Assembly (NCBI GenBank): GCA_045638525.1
Contig: JAZUBQ010000001.1
Span: forward strand, 68,438 to 132,437
Length of the DNA: 64,000 bases
Direction: 5' to 3'
Origin: Clostridia bacterium
GTDB taxonomy: Bacteria > Bacillota > Clostridia > UMGS1840
The translations under genes were made by a program, and so were the position numbers. The notes under the pieces are model-generated. The model did not search any database and was not told where the DNA came from. It saw only the letters and a list, made by a program, of their open reading frames with translations. Positions 28,812 to 36,646 of the stretch are shown piece by piece; the first letter of the stretch is position 1; each line of letters starts with the position of its first letter.

Positions 28812-31013
28812 ATGAAAATCTTGCTTACCACAATGAGCATGGATATTGGTGGCGCAGAAACTCATATTCTGGAACTGGCAAAAGAACTGAAAAGACTTGG
28901 TCACCAGATTTGGGTAGCTTCCGAAGGCGGTATTTTTGTGGAAGATTTGTTGCAACACGATATCCCACATATCAACGCCCCCCTAAGCTCCAAAAAGCCG
29001 AAAGATATTCTTGCTTCTTACCGCATTTTAGGGAATCTGATTAAAACTGAAAAATTTGATATTGTTCATTCCCACGCCAGAATCCCCAATTTTGTGATAC
29101 ATATGCTGAAGAAACGCATGCGCTTTGGCTTTGTTTCTACGTTGCATTTTGCTTTTACCAAAAATTCTTTTGTGGAAAAGTTTACCGTCTGGGGCGATAA
29201 ATGTCTGGTTGTTTCTGAAGATTTGAGACGTCATCTGATGCAAAACAGCCACATGAAATTAAAAGACATCACAACCACAGTCAATGGCATTAACGAAAAA
29301 AGCTTTTCCGATTTAAACGTCGATCCTAAGTTGTTGCAGGAATTGGGATTACGGGAACAAAGCAAAAAAATTCTCTGCGTCTGTCGTTTGGAAAAAGGAA
29401 ACTGCGACAGTGCTTATATGTTGGTTGAAAAAGCCGAAGAAATCAATAAAAAACTCAAAGACACCCAGATTATTATTGTGGGTGATGGGGATGCTTTGGA
29501 AGATTTAAAAGCCAAAGCCGATGAGGTCAACAAAAAAGTCGGCTCCGACACCGTAATTTTAACCGGCAAACGAAACGATGTCAACCGCATCATCGCTCTT
29601 GCCGATGTATTTGTCGGAATCTCCCGTGCAGCTTTGGAAGCAATGGCTGCCGGAAAAATTGTGGTATTAACAGGAAGTTACGGACATCTGGGTATTCTCA
29701 CCGAGCATCAGTTGGATGCAATGAAGCAATCCAATTTCACCTGTCGGGGTCTGGAACTGCCCACTGCAAATAAAGTTGCCCGTGCAGTCTGTGATGCCTA
29801 CCGCATGGACAAAGAAAAAAAGGAAACAACCATTTCGCTTTTAAAACAAGCTGTTTTACAGGACTATTCTGTTGCGAAAATGGCAGAGGATGCCTTACAG
29901 GTATATCAGACTCTGCTGTATGAAATCAAGCCCAGTGACATTGTTCTTTCCGGCTACTACGGCTTTCGTAACAGTGGTGATGATGCCATTTTAAAAATGA
30001 TTATCCGTGACATCCGGGAGCATCATCCGAAAATGGGCATTACCATTTTATCCAACCGTCCTTCCGATACCAAACGAATCTACAAAGTCAATGCCATCAA
30101 TCGCTGGAACTTTTTTGAAATCAGAAAAGCATTAAAAGAATCCAGGCTGTTTATTTCCGGTGGCGGAAGCGTGATTCAGGATTCTACTTCTACCAAGTCG
30201 TTGCTGTATTATCTTGCATTAATCACACTGGCAAAACACTATCAAAACAAAGTTATGCTTTATGGTAACGGCATTGGTCCTGTCAGAAAAAAGAGCAACC
30301 GGAAACGCACCAAAGCTGTGTTAAACCGTGTGGACGTCATTACGCTTCGCGAAGAAGATTCTCAGGATACCTTAAATGAAATGGGAATTATCAATCCCAA
30401 AACTCTGGTTACCTGTGACCCGGTTATCGGTCTTCAGAATGTTGACACCGAACCTGCCGAAAATCTGTTGTACCGCCATAACTTGTATGGTAAGTCTTAC
30501 ATCATTGTGTCGTTAAGAGAATGGAAAACTGTTCCGATTTTTGACTCGGAACTTCTGGAAGGCTTAAAAGAAATCAAACGCAAACATCAGTGCGAGTTGG
30601 TCTTTCTTCCGATGCAATACCCCAATGATGTTGCCATCAGCCAGAAATACGCAAAACTGACCGATTCTGTATGCATCACAAAGCGTTTGTCTGCGGAAAT
30701 ATGCATCGGATTGGCAAAAGGCGCAAAAATGGCAATCGGGATGCGATTGCACCTGTTAATCTATGCTTTTGTTGCAAACATTCCCTCCGTGGGACTTGCA
30801 TATGACCCCAAAGTGGAAAGTGTGATGAAATATTTCGGGCAGGATACCTATCTTGGGTTATTGGAATTCACAAAACTAAACTTCACTGCAAAAGCAGATC
30901 GTTTGCTCTCTAACCGTGAAGAAATCTGTGCTGATTTATCCGTCAGATTACACGAATTGCAGGAAAAAAACAAAACCAATATCGAATGTGTATTCAAGCT
31001 GTTGGAAAAATAA
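28812..31013 (+). CDS. csaB: Fusion protein: N-terminal GT4-type glycosyltransferase plus C-terminal polysaccharide pyruvyl transferase CsaB
   Basis: The N-terminus MKILLTTMSMDIGGAETHILELAKELKRLGH is a GT-B/GT4 signature. From about aa 380, IVLSGYYGFRNSGDDAILKMI ... FISGGGSVIQDSTSTKSLLYYLALITLA ... YGNGIGPV matches the CsaB family pattern. Confidence 0.8.
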   Translation: MKILLTTMSMDIGGAETHILELAKELKRLGHQIWVASEGGIFVEDLLQHDIPHINAPLSSKKPKDILASYRILGNLIKTEKFDIVHSHARIPNFVIHMLKKRMRFGFVSTLHFAFTKNSFVEKFTVWGDKCLVVSEDLRRHLMQNSHMKLKDITTTVNGINEKSFSDLNVDPKLLQELGLREQSKKILCVCRLEKGNCDSAYMLVEKAEEINKKLKDTQIIIVGDGDALEDLKAKADEVNKKVGSDTVILTGKRNDVNRIIALADVFVGISRAALEAMAAGKIVVLTGSYGHLGILTEHQLDAMKQSNFTCRGLELPTANKVARAVCDAYRMDKEKKETTISLLKQAVLQDYSVAKMAEDALQVYQTLLYEIKPSDIVLSGYYGFRNSGDDAILKMIIRDIREHHPKMGITILSNRPSDTKRIYKVNAINRWNFFEIRKALKESRLFISGGGSVIQDSTSTKSLLYYLALITLAKHYQNKVMLYGNGIGPVRKKSNRKRTKAVLNRVDVITLREEDSQDTLNEMGIINPKTLVTCDPVIGLQNVDTEPAENLLYRHNLYGKSYIIVSLREWKTVPIFDSELLEGLKEIKRKHQCELVFLPMQYPNDVAISQKYAKLTDSVCITKRLSAEICIGLAKGAKMAIGMRLHLLIYAFVANIPSVGLAYDPKVESVMKYFGQDTYLGLLEFTKLNFTAKADRLLSNREEICADLSVRLHELQEKNKTNIECVFKLLEK

Positions 31014-31276
31014 ATTTTTAAGTAATAAAGGGACTGTAAAAAAAGTCCAGACCGCAAAAAAAGAGATAATACTATAAAACACAGATAGTATGAACACGCA
31101 GAAACATCTTGTTTTGGTGTGAATTCCATTTTTCTACGTTTTTTCTGACTTTTTGCTACAAACAAACTTCGCCTCTCGACGTACCAATGTACACCTTCGG
31201 GTAACCGTACAATGCCTGTATACAGACATTGTACGCTCAGTTTGTTTATTCTGAAACATTTTTTCCATCCCCTAAA

Positions 31277-31320
31277 AAAGGGACTGTAAAAAACTCAGTT
31301 TTTTACAGTCCCTTTTATTT
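31277..31320 (+). terminator. Intrinsic terminator downstream of the csaB fusion gene
   Basis: Structure aaaaGGGACTGTAAAAAActcagTTTTTTACAGTCCCttttattttt. Confidence 0.7.
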
Positions 31321-31379
31321 TTATTGAATCTTTCAATAGCTATATAAAATTTTAATTTAATTTCTTTGCCATCAAAAAT

Positions 31380-31427
31380 ACCCCTTATGGTAGTTTTTTG
31401 TTCTTCTACCATAGGGGGTATTTTTTG
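31380..31427. terminator. Bidirectional terminator that serves GH89 on the minus strand
   Basis: A 13-bp stem ccccttatggtag / ctaccataggggg has aaaaata on the left and tattttttg on the right. Confidence 0.7.
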
Positions 31428-31463
31428 TCTATGATCCGTTCTTGTTAAGTTCTTTTACCAAGC

Positions 31464-33641
31464 TTACTTCCAAAACTTAATTGAATTTTCACAAGCTTTG
31501 CGTAAATCACCGGAGGGTTTGGTCTGATAATTTTCGGTAGACAAAGTGAACACATAATCCTGTTCGGTAAAGCTGATGTTGGGTTCCAAGCCCTGATTTT
31601 CTCTGCCGAAATGTAAGGACAACCAGGTAAAGTAAGCCATCCAACGCTTTTTATAGTAACCGGAGAGCATACCGTCATATTCACGGAATGCATAGTCTCT
31701 CAAACGGAAACGACCGGGTTTACCGCACCAGAGTGTCATCATATTTTTTACATTGTATTCAAAGATTCTCTTTTCAGTATCATTTTTACCGTAGTCTCTT
31801 GCACGCTGAATCCAAGCACCTAACAAGGTATGTTCATTGGTACGAACAACTGCTTCCTGCAGGTCGTAGAGTTTTAAGAAGCGACGTGCTGCTTTTTCAA
31901 ATGCACTCTGTTTGCCTGCTTTATAGGTGGTTTTCATCTCTTCGATGATTTCCCAACCGTAGTCAGCATTCGCCTGACGGCACAGTTCCATCAAGTCAAA
32001 ACGATAACATTCGTTATCTTTTAAGGTATCGTATTCTTCGAGCATCAGTTTGGTTGCTTCCTGCAGAATTTCGATGGGATACGGGCTACCGCCACGGGAT
32101 TCAAACCAACCAACAGTACGAACATTTAAGTTGGGACAAGTACACAAGGAAGAAGATTTACTTGCATTGTATGCAAAGCCGTTCCACAGTGTGTAGATAT
32201 TGTCGATTACCAAATCGTATGCTTTTTTGATATTTTCGTTGTAGTAACCGTATCTTGCCACAAAGAAACGTTCCACAAAATCTTCCTGTTTTAAAGGTTT
32301 CTGACGAATGGTATTGGAAGCTAAGATATCATACAGAATTTCGTCGGTTTCAAAGCCTTCCATTGCCATACCGATACCTGCAACCATATCGTTGAGGGCA
32401 TCAGGCTGCATTGCTTCAAACGGCTGATTTAAGAACTCGGGGATGTTACCTGCAAAACGCTGAACACCACCAAAGTTACCAATCTGCATATACATCCAGG
32501 GATAACCGTCGTACATCTCGGTTGCAGTGGTATACACACGGTCACCGGATAAAAGACCGATTAACACTTCATGTTTTTCCAACACATTTAAGAGTTCCTG
32601 TCTGGGATTACCAACCCAGCCCTGATAGAACCAAACATTACCATCGGAATATTTTTTCATTGCTTCCACATTCGCTTTGGAGTATGCCGCAATGTCAATA
32701 CCGTCGATAATACCGCCTTCGTGGAAGGGGTCACCGCCATAGTAATGAATTTCACCAAAGTGTTCTTTGGTTTTTCTGTAATAAGCTTCTGCAAATTTTG
32801 TATATAAGGGATCGTTCACGTCGATGAGCGGAGGACGGTCACCTTTTTCGGCCAGATTCCAGGTTCCCTGTTCATAAACTTTTGCTTCGGGGAATTTTTC
32901 GCTGAAGTTATTGGGGACTTTACCGTAGAATGCAGGACGAATAACATCTGCACCGAAATCACGGAGTCTTTCGGTCATTTTATTTGCCAGTTCTTTCTGG
33001 TCTTCATACCACCAGTTGGGAATGTCGCCACCAAAATGGCTCATATTACCCATAATCTGCCATGGCAGAGTGCCTGCACCACAAAGGTCATCGTTTGCTT
33101 CCTCGGCAGTGTAGCCAAGTTCCATTAAGGCATCTCTCCACACGATTTCGTGACCTAACTGGTTTAATACCAGGTTAACACCTGCCAAAAGCATCCAGTC
33201 AATGAGTTTTTCATACTTGTCCCATTTCCAGTAAATGCAAGTGTAAACGTAGGTACAATAATTCATAAAGTAACGGTATAAGAATACCGATTTATTTTCA
33301 ATCACTTCTCCAACAACGGGAGGTTTTTTCGGTAACGCTTTTACGTCCTGAGTGATAGGACCGTAAAATACGTGACATTTTTCTTTTAAGTATGTATTGA
33401 ACGCAACTGCTGCCGCAACACCGGAGGTTGCTTCAATTACAACTTTGCCGTCTTTGTCATAAAGTTTATACTGATCCATACCGGTTTTTTCTTCTGCAAT
33501 CTGCTTGATTACAAAAGCATCACGATAAGTTTTTGAGCCGGTAACACGTTCAATTAAGTCCAGCACAGCCTCTTCTTTCAGGGTAGTGCCGAGGTTTTGT
33601 TTTTTGACTTGTGAAATTTTGTCGAACACTTTCTGATCCAT
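31464..33641 (-). CDS. Alpha-N-acetylglucosaminidase, glycoside hydrolase family 89 (NAGLU-like), no signal peptide
   Basis: It is collinear with NAGLU blocks: LIDWMLLAGVNLVLNQLGHEIVWRDALMELGYT, LPWQIMGNMSHFGGDIP, RLRDFGADVIRPAFYGKVP and HYYGGDPFHEGG. At 725 aa it covers the N-terminal, TIM-barrel and C-terminal helical domains. Confidence 0.85.
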   Translation of the reverse strand: MDQKVFDKISQVKKQNLGTTLKEEAVLDLIERVTGSKTYRDAFVIKQIAEEKTGMDQYKLYDKDGKVVIEATSGVAAAVAFNTYLKEKCHVFYGPITQDVKALPKKPPVVGEVIENKSVFLYRYFMNYCTYVYTCIYWKWDKYEKLIDWMLLAGVNLVLNQLGHEIVWRDALMELGYTAEEANDDLCGAGTLPWQIMGNMSHFGGDIPNWWYEDQKELANKMTERLRDFGADVIRPAFYGKVPNNFSEKFPEAKVYEQGTWNLAEKGDRPPLIDVNDPLYTKFAEAYYRKTKEHFGEIHYYGGDPFHEGGIIDGIDIAAYSKANVEAMKKYSDGNVWFYQGWVGNPRQELLNVLEKHEVLIGLLSGDRVYTTATEMYDGYPWMYMQIGNFGGVQRFAGNIPEFLNQPFEAMQPDALNDMVAGIGMAMEGFETDEILYDILASNTIRQKPLKQEDFVERFFVARYGYYNENIKKAYDLVIDNIYTLWNGFAYNASKSSSLCTCPNLNVRTVGWFESRGGSPYPIEILQEATKLMLEEYDTLKDNECYRFDLMELCRQANADYGWEIIEEMKTTYKAGKQSAFEKAARRFLKLYDLQEAVVRTNEHTLLGAWIQRARDYGKNDTEKRIFEYNVKNMMTLWCGKPGRFRLRDYAFREYDGMLSGYYKKRWMAYFTWLSLHFGRENQGLEPNISFTEQDYVFTLSTENYQTKPSGDLRKACENSIKFWK

Positions 33642-33799
33642 AAAAATTACCTCTCTTTACTCTTTACAATAACAGAGTCTATTTGCCTTCATTGTAGCAG
33701 AAAACAACCCCTTTGTCAATACGAAAATCTGATTATTTCGAGCCGAAAATCTGCTGATTTCAAGTAAAGAAATTCAGAGTGTGACGATATCCTTTTTGG

Positions 33800-33835
33800 C
33801 ATAAAAAAGAAGAGAGAAACAAGTTCTCTCTTCTT
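33800..33835 (-). terminator. Intrinsic terminator of the SLH gene pair
   Basis: A 12-bp stem aagaagagagaa / ttctctcttctt (33807-33818 / 33824-33835) is followed by a T-run on the minus strand (plus-strand ataaaaaa at 33801-33808). Confidence 0.7.
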
Positions 33836-33853
33836 TTCGTTAAGGTTTAAAAA

Positions 33854-36646
33854 TTAGTCAACATATTCTACAGCAATGTAGTTAATATTGGTAAGACCGC
33901 CGTAATAAACAGTGGTGCCTGCTGCGATGTCAGCCGCACTTAAGTTTACCTGTTCTATTTTACCGTTTTTAATCTTAATACCAACGATTCTGCAGTTGGT
34001 ACCCAGGTGGTAAGCACCACCATTTTCTAAGAACATTCTGTAGCTGGTAATCTTTTTCACAACACCTTTGTTCAGGTCATAACCAAGCTGTTCGTACCAA
34101 TCTTCCATAACTTCACTTTCAGCAACCGCTTCAACAGAAGTGATATAGATACCGTTATCACAGAACAGCGCACCGCTCATGTAATATACTCTCATACCTT
34201 CTTCTAAGGTAGCGGGGAAAGGTCCGGATACAGTTTCGTCATAGCTTTCCGGAATCCATTCAGGTTTAATTGCGATGGAATCCAGAGTCCATTTGGTGTC
34301 ACCGTTATCTAAGATAACTTCATAGTAACGTTCGTCGTCTTCTGCATTATATTTTTCGGTAACGCTATCGATAACAGAATCTTCGTCACCCTGATGTCTG
34401 TAGATCTTATCGGTGTTTCCGTATAAGAACCAGAACTGAGGATGAGAGGTTCCGGGTTCCGCAAACATAGCAACATTTACTCTCATACCATTTTGATCGG
34501 TAAAGGGACCATGTGCCAGTAAGGTATCGTAGCTCACTTCTTCAACATGCATTTTTCCGCCTTTGTTGGACAGAACGATGAATCGTTCATTATGGATGTT
34601 GAATCTGGAGAAAGTGCTGTTTAAAGCACCGATACCACCGGTATGGCTGATGGGGAAATAAACACCACGGAAGTCACCAACAAAGTGGTCTAAGGGAACG
34701 TCTTTTGCGGGAAGACGGGGAATAACAGCTACTAATTCTTCTTTAGTTGCAGTATCCAGATAACTTACTTCGTGTTCTTCACCATAGAACAGATAGAAAT
34801 CAGGATCCGCAATTCTGGTGATTTCGCCGTCTGCATTGATGGTGAATTTGTAAAGTCCGTCAGCTGCATTCATTCTGTGGATATCAAAGGGGTCTATGAT
34901 GATATCTTCCCAGTGTAAAGCGGCAGCAGCAATGGATTCTTTGGTGCTAAAGACTCTCTGTGCATGTTCTACAATTTTAGAAGAACCGATGATATCAGTG
35001 GGAAGAATGATGGTTTCTTCTGCTACTTCAGGATAGATTTTCTGAACTTTAATTTTAATATCGTCGAATCCTTTCTGGAAAGAACCGATGATATAAGCAG
35101 TAAATTCATTTTTTGCCTGTAAGTCGCCGCTTCTTGCGATGTAACGAATGTTATCAAAAATATCTACATAGCAGATAACTTCGTTATCGTAGAATCTTTC
35201 CAGATTGTCCTGTGTGTAATCCTCGCCATTTTCAGAAGCATAAATTTCTGCTGCACCGTCGCCATCGTTATCGGTAATGGGGTAGAAACGGTTTCCGATT
35301 TCAATTTCGTCATCGGCAAGACTTGAGAAGTTACCAACAACGGTTTTTTCGGAAACTACAACTACCAGAAGATCATCAGACTGATAGTAGTAGAACAAGC
35401 TACCGGGTTTAATCTGGGTACGGTCAGTGCTTCTGCCGCCGATGATAACCATAATGTCATCATATTCGCCGATTCTTTTTACTCTACCAACAGATTCACC
35501 TTTGAGGTAGGAAATGTAGCTGTTGTTAACTTCGGTTACCATACCTGCTTCTTCTAAGTTCCAGGTTTCGATGAAGGTAACTTTATTGTTGATTAAAACA
35601 ATTTTTGCATATTTTCCTGCTAATTTCACAGGAGTACGGGTCAGTTCGCCATTGTAGCTTACGGTTGCGCCTTCTGCAATTTTGTATTCTTTTTCATCGC
35701 GGTTTAATTCGATTTCATCTACCAAATGCAGAGCATATGCATTATCAGCATTGGTGTCGTTGTTTACGCTGTAGATTACATCGTAGAACACTTCCACATT
35801 TTTCTGAGGTGCAATGTAAATCATCATACCGTTTCTATCAGTCCAGATTTCAACAGGGATATTACGGTAGAAGTTTAAGTCGATTTTGCCGTTGGTTGCA
35901 AAGTCATAGTTGGTACCAACAGTCAACAGTTCGGGGTTGGTTTCGGAAACGTTTTTGGTGATGTTAACTTTTGCCATCTGAGACTGATGGTTTACTTCAA
36001 CAATAGAACCATAGTAACGGGAAACGCCAAAATACTGAGACAGAATGGTCTTTTTATCGCCGGTGTTTTCCATATTTACGTTACCGTATGCATCGTAAGT
36101 ATAGTTATATGCAGCGATATCTGCAGTTAACAGATTGTAAATCATCTGACGGAACTGTTTTACGGTAACGGTGTCGTAAGTTTTTACTTCAACGTCACGA
36201 TATAAACGCAGAGCGTTAACAGTTTTTAAGTTACCTTCTTCGCCACCGCCATTTACATTTGCAATGGTTTCATAGGACAGTAATTTAATTACCGCAGCAT
36301 TGAAATCATGGAAGCTGATGGGATCGTTGGGTAAAAACAGGTTTCCTTCAGAAGGTAAGAAACCGTTTACGGTTGCATAGTAAATGTAACCGGAATCTTC
36401 GTCTTCCGCACTAACATCTACAAATTCAGTGTCTCTGGGGTCCACTTCTTCATTGATTAAAATGTTGGTAATTGTGTAAGCAAAATCTCTACGAGTTACC
36501 AAACTGTCAGAATCTACGGAACAAGATGCAGGTAAAATGCTGAAATTGGACATAACATCACTTGCACCGGCTGCCGAAGAGACAACCGGGAAGCAACTGA
36601 GAATTAATGCCAAAATCAAAAATAAAATTGTACCTTTTCTCATCAT
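33854..36646 (-). CDS. Secreted 930-aa surface protein with degenerate N-terminal SLH-like repeats; remainder uncharacterised
   Basis: The signal peptide MMRKGTILFLILALILSCFPVVSSAAG could alternatively contain a lipobox (ILSC). An SLH-like segment reads FVDVSAEDEDSGYIYYATVNGFLPSEGNLFLPNDPISFHDFNAAVIKLL. Its ATG overlaps the TGA of the upstream gene (ATGA), with GGAGGTG 9 nt upstream. Confidence 0.6.
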   Translation of the reverse strand: MMRKGTILFLILALILSCFPVVSSAAGASDVMSNFSILPASCSVDSDSLVTRRDFAYTITNILINEEVDPRDTEFVDVSAEDEDSGYIYYATVNGFLPSEGNLFLPNDPISFHDFNAAVIKLLSYETIANVNGGGEEGNLKTVNALRLYRDVEVKTYDTVTVKQFRQMIYNLLTADIAAYNYTYDAYGNVNMENTGDKKTILSQYFGVSRYYGSIVEVNHQSQMAKVNITKNVSETNPELLTVGTNYDFATNGKIDLNFYRNIPVEIWTDRNGMMIYIAPQKNVEVFYDVIYSVNNDTNADNAYALHLVDEIELNRDEKEYKIAEGATVSYNGELTRTPVKLAGKYAKIVLINNKVTFIETWNLEEAGMVTEVNNSYISYLKGESVGRVKRIGEYDDIMVIIGGRSTDRTQIKPGSLFYYYQSDDLLVVVVSEKTVVGNFSSLADDEIEIGNRFYPITDNDGDGAAEIYASENGEDYTQDNLERFYDNEVICYVDIFDNIRYIARSGDLQAKNEFTAYIIGSFQKGFDDIKIKVQKIYPEVAEETIILPTDIIGSSKIVEHAQRVFSTKESIAAAALHWEDIIIDPFDIHRMNAADGLYKFTINADGEITRIADPDFYLFYGEEHEVSYLDTATKEELVAVIPRLPAKDVPLDHFVGDFRGVYFPISHTGGIGALNSTFSRFNIHNERFIVLSNKGGKMHVEEVSYDTLLAHGPFTDQNGMRVNVAMFAEPGTSHPQFWFLYGNTDKIYRHQGDEDSVIDSVTEKYNAEDDERYYEVILDNGDTKWTLDSIAIKPEWIPESYDETVSGPFPATLEEGMRVYYMSGALFCDNGIYITSVEAVAESEVMEDWYEQLGYDLNKGVVKKITSYRMFLENGGAYHLGTNCRIVGIKIKNGKIEQVNLSAADIAAGTTVYYGGLTNINYIAVEYVD

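Noticed and set aside
30848-31165. A 105-aa minus-strand ORF with a hydrophobic stretch (YYLCFIVLSLFL), considered as a possible small membrane peptide or type I toxin.
   Set aside because: More than half of it is antisense to the 3' end of the csaB fusion gene. It has no RBS, and its sequence is dominated by low-complexity A/T-rich codons.
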